64,000 nt of DNA from positions 19,321 to 83,320 of the forward strand of contig JBGAGX010000001.1 in NCBI GenBank assembly GCA_044226515.1, written 5' to 3'. Position 1 is the stretch's first letter. Every line of letters starts with the position of its first letter. The notes beneath the pieces were generated by a model, which was given only the letters and a program-made list of their open reading frames with translations, did no database searches and was not told where the DNA came from. This document shows, in pieces, positions 47,777 through 56,846 of the stretch. The DNA comes from Flavobacteriales bacterium (GTDB lineage Bacteria; Bacteroidota; Bacteroidia; Flavobacteriales_F; PHOS-HE28). The translations under genes were made by a program, and so were the position numbers.

Positions 47777-49144
47777 ATGCGTTATCTGCTCATCCTCTGC
47801 CGCGTCCTTGTGGGCGCCACCTTCATCGTCAGCGGCCTGGTGAAGGCCAACGACCCGCTCGGCTTCAGCTACAAGCTGGAGGAGTACTTCGCCGAGAGCG
47901 CGCTGAACTGGCCGGCGCTCGAGCCGTGGTCGCTCACCCTCGCCATCCTGGCCTGCCTGGGCGAGATCGTGCTGGGCTTCGCGATCCTGGTGGGCGGCCG
48001 CATGCGCCTGGCCACCACCGCCACACTGGCGCTCACCCTCTTCTTCGGCTGGCTCACCGCCTACACCGACCAGTGCAACCAGCGCCAGAAGGCCGGTGAG
48101 AAGATGACCTACACCGTGGTGGAGAACGGGGTGGAGGTGGAGCACGACAAGACCTGCGTCACCGACTGCGGCTGCTTCGGTGATGCCATGAAGGGCTCCA
48201 TCGGCCGCAGCCTCACCCCGCGCGAGAGCTTCTACAAGGACCTCATCCTGTTCATCTTCCTGCTGCCCGTGTTCATCGCCAGCTGGCGCAAGCCCGGCAT
48301 CGGGTTCAACACCGCGGCCGAGGACCGGTGGCTGCTCGGACTCGGGGCCGTGGCGGTGGCCATCTGGAGCTGGGTCTTCGGCTGGAGCTTCTACCTCCTG
48401 TTCACGGCCGTGGGCATGGCCGGCTACCTGGTGATCAAGCGCATGGTGCAGGGCGTGAAGGGCGAGTGGGTCACCGCCGGCTGGGTCACCGTGCTCAGCG
48501 GCCTCTTCATGTGGTACTGCCTCAACCACCTGCCCATGAAGGACTACCGCCCCTTCGCCATCGGCAAGAGCATCCCGGAGGGCATGGCCGTTCCGCCCGG
48601 CGAGAAGCCCGATGTGTACGAGACCGTGCTCACCTACAAGAACATGAAGACCGGTGAGATGAAGGACTTTTCCAGCGCCGACTACCCCTGGCAGGACAGC
48701 ACCTGGGTGTGGCAGGCCACCGAGAACAAGCTCGTGCAGGAAGGGTACCACCCGCCAATCCACGATTTCGTGCTCACCGACAAGGACGGTGTCGATGTGA
48801 CGGAGGGTATTCTCGCCGAGCCTACGCCGGTGGTGCTGGTGGTGAGCAAGGACATCACGGAAGCATCAGGTGCATGCCAGCCGGCGATCAACACCCTCGC
48901 TGACGCCGCCTTCAAGAACGGTTGGTATGTCTATGGCGTCACCGCCAGTGGCTACGAGCAGATCGAGGAGTTCCGCCACACGCACCAGAACCCCTTCGAC
49001 TACCTGCGCTGCGACGGCACCGTGCTCAAGACCATCATCCGCAGCAACCCCGGCATCGTGCTGCTGCAGCAGGGCACCGTGCGCGGCCAGTGGCACTGCA
49101 ACGATGTGCCCGCGCTGGAGGAGGCGAAGGGGGCGTTGAAGTAG
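47777..49144 (+). CDS. DoxX-family membrane domain fused to C-terminal thioredoxin-like (TlpA-like) domain protein
   Basis: Met50 of ORF 47630..49144 begins MRYLLILCRVLVGATFIVSGLVKANDPLGF (DoxX-like helices). The C-terminal soluble domain carries Cys pairs (CVTDCGCFGD). Confidence 0.7.
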   Translation: MRYLLILCRVLVGATFIVSGLVKANDPLGFSYKLEEYFAESALNWPALEPWSLTLAILACLGEIVLGFAILVGGRMRLATTATLALTLFFGWLTAYTDQCNQRQKAGEKMTYTVVENGVEVEHDKTCVTDCGCFGDAMKGSIGRSLTPRESFYKDLILFIFLLPVFIASWRKPGIGFNTAAEDRWLLGLGAVAVAIWSWVFGWSFYLLFTAVGMAGYLVIKRMVQGVKGEWVTAGWVTVLSGLFMWYCLNHLPMKDYRPFAIGKSIPEGMAVPPGEKPDVYETVLTYKNMKTGEMKDFSSADYPWQDSTWVWQATENKLVQEGYHPPIHDFVLTDKDGVDVTEGILAEPTPVVLVVSKDITEASGACQPAINTLADAAFKNGWYVYGVTASGYEQIEEFRHTHQNPFDYLRCDGTVLKTIIRSNPGIVLLQQGTVRGQWHCNDVPALEEAKGALK

Positions 49145-49294
49145 GATCTTCGGAGCGCTGCCATTCATCCCCCGCATCTGCCTGTCCGGTAGGCAGGCCC
49201 GACTAACGGGTGGAACTGCGAGGTGGCGGAGAGGGAGCTGACACGCGGTCCGCTTCTAGTCTTCGATCACGGTTTGTCCGAGACCGGAAGGCTT

Positions 49295-49993
49295 CTATTC
49301 ATGCTGAATATCATCATGAGCGCAGGACACCCGGTTAGGGGATGTGCGGGAGTTTAGGGAAGCGCATTGGTTCAAGCGAGGCTGAAGGAACCATAAGCCG
49401 AACGGGAAGAATGCTGCGATCAACACCGCATCGACCCAGATCGGAAGAGCAGTCCTTTTGCTTAGGTCGAAAGCGCGTAGGGAGTTGGCCGTTGGGATCA
49501 GGACCCGCAAGCACCACACAATGGCCAACAGGAAGAGTGGTGCGATGAAGTTGAAGTCTGGCGATGGTCGGTCTTTCCGAAGCCAAAGGGAGGCGCACAC
49601 AAACATGGTCAGCATCATTACCGAGGTCAATCGGGTGCGACTTGCCTTATGCCCGGTGGCCAAGACAGCGTCGAACCAGATGCCAAGACAGATGTAAAGA
49701 ATGATCGCTGGTGCAGGAGAGTCTACGAAGGACATTGTCCATCCGAGAATTTGTCTGGCTAGAATGTACAGTGGGTATCCAACGAGGCATATCGAGCACG
49801 TCACGACAAGGAATGCTTGCCAGTGCTTTAGCGCAAAGACAACTCTATGAGTTTGCGCTATTGCTGTCCAACCAGCACTAGGGTTTGCCGATTGCCCATT
49901 CCCTTCTCGGTCTCCGATCACGCCGCTTTTCTTCACCCCCCGAACATAAGCAAAGGCCCTTGCTGTCAGTTGATCACGATCCCCTGTTAGCAC
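49295..49993 (-). CDS. hypothetical 5-TM membrane protein encoded in a low-GC (~52%) island
   Basis: 232-aa ORF with five hydrophobic helices (FLVVTCSICLVGYPLYIL, IILYICLGIWFDAVLA, VMMLTMFVCASLWL, IAPLFLLAIVWCLRVLIP, LPIWVDAVLIAAFFPFGLWFL). Its composition differs markedly from the flanking CDS at ~68-70% GC. No family was recognised. Confidence 0.5.
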   Translation of the reverse strand: MLTGDRDQLTARAFAYVRGVKKSGVIGDREGNGQSANPSAGWTAIAQTHRVVFALKHWQAFLVVTCSICLVGYPLYILARQILGWTMSFVDSPAPAIILYICLGIWFDAVLATGHKASRTRLTSVMMLTMFVCASLWLRKDRPSPDFNFIAPLFLLAIVWCLRVLIPTANSLRAFDLSKRTALPIWVDAVLIAAFFPFGLWFLQPRLNQCASLNSRTSPNRVSCAHDDIQHE

Positions 49994-50076
49994 TTGTCCC
50001 CAGCCCGTTCGCGAAGGGTGTGCGGGTAGGCCATCTTTGTCCTTCCACCTTCCGCACCAGCGGGCGGTGAAAGCGC

Positions 50077-50838
50077 ATGCGAACGATCGTGGCCGGGAAT
50101 TGGAAGATGCACAAGGACAAGGCGGAAGCTCTGGCCTTGCTGGATGAGTTGGTGAAGGCGAACGCGGGGCAGCCTGGCGGTGTGGAGGTCATCGTGTCGC
50201 CGCCCTTTCCTTTTCTGGACCTGGCGGTCCGCACCGTGAAGGGTTCAGGGATCCAGGTGGCGGCGCAGAACTGCCACGCCGCCGCGCAAGGCGCCTACAC
50301 CGGCGAGGTAAGCGTGCTGATGCTGAAGAGCATCGGTGTCTCCCATTGCATCGTAGGGCACAGTGAGCGGCGTCAGTACTTCGGCGAGAACGATGTTCAG
50401 GTGGCCGAGAAGTTGAAGGCACTGCTCTTCCACGGCCTTACGCCCATCTACTGCTGCGGCGAGAAGCTGGACGAGCGCGAGGCCGGTCACTACTTCCGGG
50501 TGGTGGAGGCGCAGATGAAGGATGCGCTGGACGGTCTTTCCGCGGAGGAGCTGGTCCGCTGCATCATCGCCTACGAACCGGTGTGGGCCATCGGCACCGG
50601 GCGCACGGCAAGCGCCGAACAGGCGCAGGAGATGCACGCCTTCATCCGTGAATACCTCACTGGCCGCGGAACGCCCGAAGTGCCCATCCTCTACGGCGGC
50701 AGCTGCAAGCCCGACAACGCCGCATCGCTCTTCGCCTGTCCCGATGTGAACGGAGGTCTCATCGGCGGTGCCGCCCTGGATGCCGCCCAGTTCACCGCCC
50801 TCATCCGCATCGCCCGCGAAGCCAAGCACGGTTCCTGA
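50077..50838 (+). CDS. tpiA: triosephosphate isomerase
   Basis: MRTIVAGNWKMHK…IVGHSERRQYF…AYEPVWAIGTG contains the catalytic Lys, His and Glu motifs. Confidence 0.95.
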   Translation: MRTIVAGNWKMHKDKAEALALLDELVKANAGQPGGVEVIVSPPFPFLDLAVRTVKGSGIQVAAQNCHAAAQGAYTGEVSVLMLKSIGVSHCIVGHSERRQYFGENDVQVAEKLKALLFHGLTPIYCCGEKLDEREAGHYFRVVEAQMKDALDGLSAEELVRCIIAYEPVWAIGTGRTASAEQAQEMHAFIREYLTGRGTPEVPILYGGSCKPDNAASLFACPDVNGGLIGGAALDAAQFTALIRIAREAKHGS

Positions 50839-50883
50839 CACCTCCTTTCAACTTTCGGCTTTCCCGTTTCAGCATTCAATTCA

Positions 50884-51723
50884 ATGAACTACACCGAGGT
50901 CGACTTCCTCATCGCCCCGCTCGAACCCTGGCGCGACGTGCTGATGGCGGAGCTGGGCGAGCTGGGGTATGACAGCTTCGAGGAGACCACCGGCGGGCTG
51001 AAGGCCTACATCCTCAGCGAGCGCTTCGACCGCACGGTGCTGCCTGAGCTGCTCACCCTCCGCGACCCCCATGCCAGCGTTAGCTACACCGTGCGCGCCA
51101 TGGAGCCGCGGAACTGGAACGCGGAGTGGGAGCGGAGCTTCACACCGGTGGAAGTGGGTCGGGAGGTGCGGATCAGGGCCGAGTTCCACGCATCGGAGCC
51201 GGGATTCCGGCACGAGCTGGTGATCACCCCGCGCATGGCCTTCGGCACAGGCCACCACGCCACCACCCGCATGATGGTGCAGGCCATGCTGGGCCTCGAC
51301 CTGAAGGGGCAGGCCGTGTGCGACCTGGGCTGTGGGACGGCCGTTCTTGCGGTACTGGCCGAGAAGCTCGGGGCCACCGAGGTGCTGGCCATCGACATCG
51401 ACGCGCTGGCCGTGGAGAACGCGGAGCTGAACGTGGGGCTGAACGGTTGTCATGCCATCACTGTGGAAAAGGGCACCGTGGCCGCCCTGAAGGGCCGCAG
51501 GTACGGCACTATTTTGGCGAACATCGAGCGCAACACGCTGATGCGCGACATGGAGGCCATGCGCGATGCGCTGCTCCCCGGTGGCGCGCTGCTGTTGAGC
51601 GGATTCGTGGTGGACGACCGCCACATGATGGTGCAGAGCGCGAAGCAGGCCGGGCTGCTCGTGGAGGAACGCTTGAACGAAGGCGAATGGGCCCTGATCG
51701 GATGCCGAAGACCACATCCCTGA
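50884..51723 (+). CDS. prmA: ribosomal protein L11 methyltransferase
   Basis: …GTGHHATTRMM…VCDLGCGTAVLAV…; SAM-binding motif, 279 aa. Confidence 0.9.
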   Translation: MNYTEVDFLIAPLEPWRDVLMAELGELGYDSFEETTGGLKAYILSERFDRTVLPELLTLRDPHASVSYTVRAMEPRNWNAEWERSFTPVEVGREVRIRAEFHASEPGFRHELVITPRMAFGTGHHATTRMMVQAMLGLDLKGQAVCDLGCGTAVLAVLAEKLGATEVLAIDIDALAVENAELNVGLNGCHAITVEKGTVAALKGRRYGTILANIERNTLMRDMEAMRDALLPGGALLLSGFVVDDRHMMVQSAKQAGLLVEERLNEGEWALIGCRRPHP

Positions 51724-54700
51724 TCCACCTGGCGGTACGCGTCGGCGCCGCCCTGCTGCTCTCCGCGTTCGCGCTCGCCGCGCAGGCGCAGGTGAAGACC
51801 TTCACCGACGACCAGGCCGTTTTCCTGGAGGAGGTGACCACGTTCCTGGTGGAGGCGGACAAGAAGGAGGGCAAGCCCTTCGTGGAGCAGGTGTTCGCCC
51901 CGGCATGGGGCGGAACCTACCTCACGGTGGCCCAGCGCACCAAGGTGGTGGAGATGGCCAACTTCATGCTCAAGAAGCGGTACGAGGCCTTTCCGCACTT
52001 CCGCGACTACCTCGCCGCCGTGGCCGCCTTCGTGAACAGCGGCAGGCCGGCGGCCGAGTTCGACACCTGGATGCGCAGCCTGGACGCCATGGTGCAGAGC
52101 GGACGGAAGAAGAACTTCACCGCCTTCATCGAGATGTGCGCGGGGCTGTTCACCGACAACACCCTGTACAAGAGCGCGAGCACCCGCTGGCGCAGCAGTT
52201 CGGGCACCTTCACCTTCGCCTTCGACAGTGTGCCCAAGGTCGTGTTCGACAAGCTCGACCTCGTTTGCCTGGCCAAGGGCGACAGCGCCGTGATCCGCAA
52301 CACCTCGGGCGTGTATTACCCCGTTGAGGAGATCTGGCGCGGCAAGGGCGGACGCGTGGACTGGCGCCGTGCGGGCCGCAAGCCCGAGTCGACCTTCGCC
52401 GAGTGGGAGCACGGCTACACCGTGAAGCTGAAGAGCGCCGCCTTCGAGGTCGATTCGGTGCGCTTCGCCGATCCCTACTTCGACCGCACCTTGTTCGGCA
52501 AGGTGAGCGACAAGGTGCTCGCCAACGTGGACGAGGACAACGCGAGCTACCCGCGCTTCGAGGGCTACGACCGCCGCATGAGGATCCGCGACATCGTGGA
52601 GGGCATCGACTTCGAGGGCGGCTTCACCATGCAGGGCGCCAAGTTGCAGGGCTACGGCACCAAGGAGGAGCCCGCCTTCCTCACCTTCTACCGCGAGAAA
52701 CGCCCCTTCATCGTCACCCGGGGCCTGCTCTACACCATCGAGCCCGAACGCATCAGCAGCCAGGACGTGGCCGTCACCATCCGCCTGGACAAGGACTCGC
52801 TCTGGCACCCCAGCGTAAGCCTCCGGTTCCTGCAGGACAAGCGCCAGCTCAGCCTCATCAAGAAGGACGAGGGCCTGTCGAAGGGACCCTACTACGACAC
52901 CTACCACAACCTCGACATGTACTTCGAGGTGCTCAAGTGGAAGCAGGGCGACCCGCTGGTGGAGCTCGGCAACCTGCAGGGCAGCTCGCAGACACGCGCC
53001 TCCTTCGAGAGCTACAACTACTTCAAGGAGAAGCGCTACAACGCCATGCTCGGGGTGGACGCGGTGCACCCGCTGGTGCGGCTTCGCGATCACCAGAAGG
53101 CCCATGGCGACGTGTTCACCGCCACGGACTTCGCCGTCTCCACACGCTTGCAGAAGCCCCAGGTGATCCCCATGCTGATCGACATGGCCAACAAGGGCTA
53201 CATCGATTACGACCTGGAGACCGAGGTGGTGACGGTGAAGCCCCGCCTCAAGGAGCATGTGCTGGCCAGCGCCGGCAAGGTGGACTACGACGTGCTGCAG
53301 TTCAACAGCAACAGCGAGGATGGCGTGAACGGCACCATCAACCTGCTCAACAACGACCTGGCGCTGAAGGGCGTGGCGCGCATCGTGCTGAGCGATTCGC
53401 AGGACGTGAAGATCTTCCCCAAGGACGAGCTCGTCACCATCAAGAAGGACCGCGATTTCAGCTTCGGTGGCATGGTGAAGGCCGGCAAGCTCACCTACTA
53501 CGGCAAGGAGTACTACTTCCACTACCAGCCTTTCGTGATCGACCTGCTCAACGTGGACAGCGTGGGCTTCCTGGCCGACAGTTTCGACAAGGACGAGAAC
53601 GGCCTCTCGCACCTGGTGCGCGTGAAGAACGTGCTGGAGAAGGTGACGGGCACCCTGGAGATCGACGCGCCCAGCAACAAGAGCGGCCTGCAACAGGAGA
53701 AGTACCCGCAATTCCCCAAGTTCAACAGCACCCAGGAGAGCTACGTGTTCTACGACCGCGGGGCCATCCAGAAGGGCGTGTACATCCGCGACAAGTTCTA
53801 CTACAAGAGCGATCCCTTCCAGATCGACAGCCTCGACAACTTCACCAACGACGGCCTCACGTTCACGGGCACGCTGGTGTCCGCCGGCATATTCCCCGAC
53901 ATCCGAGAACCGTTGCGGCTGCAGAAAGATTACGCCCTCGGCTTCGAGCGTCCCACCGGGGCCGGCGGCATGCCGCTCTACGGGCGCAAGGCCACCTTCA
54001 CCAACACCATCAGCCTCAACTACAAGGGGCTGCAGGGCGATGGGGACATGAGCTACCTCACCACGCTCGCGTCCAGCACCAACTTCGTCTTCTGCCCCGA
54101 CAGCACCTTCGGCATCGCAGACACCCTGTACAACCTCAGTGCGAAGGCCCCCCAGCTCAACGTGCCCAACGTGAACTGTGCACGGCTCTTCACCCGCCTG
54201 GAGCCCCGCAACGACCTGCTGCTGGCCGAGAAGCGTGAGCGGCCCATGACCATGTACGACGGCCAGGCCTACCTGCACGGCCGCACCGAGCTCTCCCCCA
54301 AGGGCATGACCGGCGCCGGCCTGGTGGACTTCACCAACGCCACGCTCGCCTCCAAGCTGTTCCAGTTCGAGACGGTGCGCATCCATGCGGACACCTCCGA
54401 CTTCCGCCTCACCGAAGGGGACACCGCGAGCATCGCGTTCAAGACCGACAACGTGAACGCCACCGTGAAGCTCGACGAGCGCGTGGGCGAGTTCGTGAGC
54501 AACGGCACCGAGACCAAGGTGGAGTTCCCCGTGAACCAGTACATCTGCTTCATGGACCGCTTCAAGTGGTTCATGGACCAGGGCGACATCGAGCTGGAGA
54601 GCGACCGCACCGCGGCCGTGGGCAACGAGGACCTGCAGCTGTCCGGATCGAACTTCATCAGCATCCGGCCCGACCAGGACTCGCTCAGCTTCATGGCGCC

Positions 54701-56168
54701 CAAGGCGCGGTACGACCTGAAGAAGCACCTGATCACCGCCAACGACGTGCAGTACATCCAGGTGGCCGATGCGCTGGTGACGCCCGACAGCATGCGCGTG
54801 CGCATACGCCGCAACGCCGAGATGGACCCGCTCACCAACGCGGTGATCACGGCCAATTTCGTCACCAAGTACCACCGCATCTACAACGCCACCGTCGACA
54901 TCAGGGCCAAGCGCAAGTACAGCGCCAGCGGTGATTACGACTACGTCGACGAGGCGCAGAAGGCCTTCCGCATCAAGCTGCAGAGCGTGAACGTGGACAC
55001 CGCCTTCCAGACCTACGCGCGCGGGCGCATCGCCGAGGAGGAGGGCTTCCAGCTGAGCCCGGCCTTCGACTTCTTCGGCGACGTGCTGCTCGAGGCCAGC
55101 GCGAAGGAGCTCACCTTCACCGGCAGCACGCGCATCATGCACGACTGCCCGGGGCTGGCCCGCAACTGGATGCGCTTCAACGGCCGCATCGACCCGGCCG
55201 AGGTCTTCATCCCCGTGGGCGACACCCTGCAGGACGACAAGGGGCTCGACATCGGTGCCGGCGTCTACCTCACGAAGGAGGACCCCTTCAAGGTCTACGG
55301 CACCTTCCTGAGCCGCAAGGAGGACAAGGCCGACCGCACGGTGATCGCTGGCAAGGGCCTCCTCTACTTCGACAAGGCGAAGAAGGAGTACATGATCGGT
55401 CCCAAGGACAAGATCCGCCAGCGCAACCTGCCGGGCGACCTGGTGAGCCTGTCCAACACCGATTGCCGCCTCGCGGCCGATGGCCATGTGGTGACCGGCG
55501 CCGACCTGGGCCGGGTGAAGCTCGACGGCTACGGCACCCTCGAGCAGAGCGCGGACAAAGGCACCGCGGCCCACCTGGCCCTCTACGCCGATTTCCACTT
55601 CCTGGAGAACGCGCTGGAGAAGATGGCCGCCGACATCCTGGCCTACCCGGACCAGAAGCAGGTGGACATCGCCAAGACCCCCTACGAGAAATCGCTGCGT
55701 GAGGTGCTGGGGCTGGAGCGCTCCGACAAGCTCATCAGCGAGCTCAGCCTCAAGGGCGAGATCAAGAAGCTGCCGGAGGAGCTGCAGAAGGCCCTGATGC
55801 TGTGCGATGTGAAGCTGGTGTGGGACCAGGACGACCAAGCGTGGCAGAGCCAGGGCCCGATCGGCGTGGGCACGGTGCTCAAGAAGCCGCTCTTCCGCCA
55901 GCTCAAGGGCAAGGTGGAAGTGCAGCGCAAGCGCAGCGGCGATGTGATGACCATCCTGTTGATGCTCGACGACCAGACCTACTGGTTCTTCCAGTATGCG
56001 CGCAATTACCTTTACGCCTACAGCAGCAGCGCCGAGTTCAACACCATGCTCAGCGAGCTCAAGGACGACAAGCGCGTGCTGGAATCGAAGAAGGATGAAC
56101 CGCCCTACCAGTTCATCGTGACCAACAAACGCAAGGTGGACGAGTTCCGCGACCGCTTCGACCTCTGA
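51702..56168 (+). CDS. very large (about 1488 aa) conserved hypothetical envelope protein with N-terminal signal/anchor
   Basis: Met193 of ORF 51126..56168 begins MPKTTSLIHLAVRVGAALLLSAFALAAQAQ. The body is Lys/Asp/Phe/Tyr-rich with ordinary protein composition, whereas the overlapping antisense ORF 51450..56834 is Ala/Gly/His/Arg-rich. No catalytic motif was recognised and an AsmA/TamB-like role is only a guess. Confidence 0.7.
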   Translation: MPKTTSLIHLAVRVGAALLLSAFALAAQAQVKTFTDDQAVFLEEVTTFLVEADKKEGKPFVEQVFAPAWGGTYLTVAQRTKVVEMANFMLKKRYEAFPHFRDYLAAVAAFVNSGRPAAEFDTWMRSLDAMVQSGRKKNFTAFIEMCAGLFTDNTLYKSASTRWRSSSGTFTFAFDSVPKVVFDKLDLVCLAKGDSAVIRNTSGVYYPVEEIWRGKGGRVDWRRAGRKPESTFAEWEHGYTVKLKSAAFEVDSVRFADPYFDRTLFGKVSDKVLANVDEDNASYPRFEGYDRRMRIRDIVEGIDFEGGFTMQGAKLQGYGTKEEPAFLTFYREKRPFIVTRGLLYTIEPERISSQDVAVTIRLDKDSLWHPSVSLRFLQDKRQLSLIKKDEGLSKGPYYDTYHNLDMYFEVLKWKQGDPLVELGNLQGSSQTRASFESYNYFKEKRYNAMLGVDAVHPLVRLRDHQKAHGDVFTATDFAVSTRLQKPQVIPMLIDMANKGYIDYDLETEVVTVKPRLKEHVLASAGKVDYDVLQFNSNSEDGVNGTINLLNNDLALKGVARIVLSDSQDVKIFPKDELVTIKKDRDFSFGGMVKAGKLTYYGKEYYFHYQPFVIDLLNVDSVGFLADSFDKDENGLSHLVRVKNVLEKVTGTLEIDAPSNKSGLQQEKYPQFPKFNSTQESYVFYDRGAIQKGVYIRDKFYYKSDPFQIDSLDNFTNDGLTFTGTLVSAGIFPDIREPLRLQKDYALGFERPTGAGGMPLYGRKATFTNTISLNYKGLQGDGDMSYLTTLASSTNFVFCPDSTFGIADTLYNLSAKAPQLNVPNVNCARLFTRLEPRNDLLLAEKRERPMTMYDGQAYLHGRTELSPKGMTGAGLVDFTNATLASKLFQFETVRIHADTSDFRLTEGDTASIAFKTDNVNATVKLDERVGEFVSNGTETKVEFPVNQYICFMDRFKWFMDQGDIELESDRTAAVGNEDLQLSGSNFISIRPDQDSLSFMAPKARYDLKKHLITANDVQYIQVADALVTPDSMRVRIRRNAEMDPLTNAVITANFVTKYHRIYNATVDIRAKRKYSASGDYDYVDEAQKAFRIKLQSVNVDTAFQTYARGRIAEEEGFQLSPAFDFFGDVLLEASAKELTFTGSTRIMHDCPGLARNWMRFNGRIDPAEVFIPVGDTLQDDKGLDIGAGVYLTKEDPFKVYGTFLSRKEDKADRTVIAGKGLLYFDKAKKEYMIGPKDKIRQRNLPGDLVSLSNTDCRLAADGHVVTGADLGRVKLDGYGTLEQSADKGTAAHLALYADFHFLENALEKMAADILAYPDQKQVDIAKTPYEKSLREVLGLERSDKLISELSLKGEIKKLPEELQKALMLCDVKLVWDQDDQAWQSQGPIGVGTVLKKPLFRQLKGKVEVQRKRSGDVMTILLMLDDQTYWFFQYARNYLYAYSSSAEFNTMLSELKDDKRVLESKKDEPPYQFIVTNKRKVDEFRDRFDL

Positions 56169-56171
56169 ACC

Positions 56172-56846
56172 ATGGACTTCCCCTGGGTGTACGGTGCTCT
56201 CGGCATGATCGCGGCCTACCTCTGCGGCAGCATCCCCACCAGCGTATGGTGGGGGCGGGCGTTCCACGGTGTGGACGTGCGCGAGCACGGCAGCCGGAAC
56301 GCGGGCGCCACCAACACCTTCCGGGTGCTGGGCGCCCGGGCCGGTGTGCCGGTGCTGCTCATCGACATCCTCAAGGGCTTCGTGCCGGTCCGTCTCATCC
56401 CCAACTGGAGCGGCCTCGAGCCCGACAGTGGTCCGTGGATGTGGTTCCGCGTGGCGCTCGTGCTGGCCACGGTGCTGGGCCACCTGTACCCTGTGTTCGC
56501 CGGCTTCAAGGGCGGCAAGGGCGTGGCCACCTCCTTCGGGGGCATCCTGGCGGTGCATCCGGGCGCGGCCGTGATCTGCGTGCTCGTGTTCACCGCGGTC
56601 TTCGCGCTGTCGCGTTTCGTTTCGCTCGGATCGCTCAGCGCGGCGCTGGCCTTCCCGCTGGCCGTGGTGCTCATCTACCACGAGAGCAGCCCCGTGAAGG
56701 TCGGCTTCGCCGCCGTGCTCTGCGCCCTGGTGTTCTACACCCACCGCCAGAACATCGGACGCCTGTGGAGGGGGGAGGAGAACCGGATGAGCCTGTCGGG
56801 ACCCCGCACCGCGGGGCCGCGCGATGGGACCCATGAAACCGCCTGA
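56172..56846 (+). CDS. plsY: glycerol-3-phosphate acyltransferase PlsY
   Basis: GSIPTSVWWGRAFHGVDVREHGSRNAGATN…GGKGVAT matches the PlsY signature. Confidence 0.9.
   Translation: MDFPWVYGALGMIAAYLCGSIPTSVWWGRAFHGVDVREHGSRNAGATNTFRVLGARAGVPVLLIDILKGFVPVRLIPNWSGLEPDSGPWMWFRVALVLATVLGHLYPVFAGFKGGKGVATSFGGILAVHPGAAVICVLVFTAVFALSRFVSLGSLSAALAFPLAVVLIYHESSPVKVGFAAVLCALVFYTHRQNIGRLWRGEENRMSLSGPRTAGPRDGTHETA

Noticed and set aside
49180-49210. gcctgtccggtaggcaggc hairpin after the DoxX/TlpA-like gene as a terminator
   Set aside because: Only a 5-bp stem with a 9-nt loop and no downstream T-tract, which is too weak to call.
49260-49990. GATCACG-containing short direct repeats at both borders of the low-GC islet as target-site duplications
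   Set aside because: Only 7 bp shared, GATC is generally over-represented in intergenic DNA here, and no integrase or transposase is present. Mentioned only as a weak hint.
51702-56168. Assignment of the 1488-aa protein as TamB
   Set aside because: No Omp85/TamA partner is adjacent and I could not recognise the DUF490 C-terminal signature from the sequence, so it is kept as hypothetical.
51450-56834. 1794-aa minus-strand ORF and many other long antisense ORFs (for example 5962..9216 plus strand 1084 aa, 28380..30794 plus strand 804 aa, 32939..35800 plus strand 953 aa, 60095..62284 minus strand 729 aa, 13867..15390 minus strand 507 aa)
   Set aside because: Their translations are Ala/Gly/Arg/His/Pro-rich low-complexity strings typical of stop-codon-poor antisense frames in ~68% GC DNA. 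In each case the opposite strand encodes a protein with recognisable domains and normal composition.
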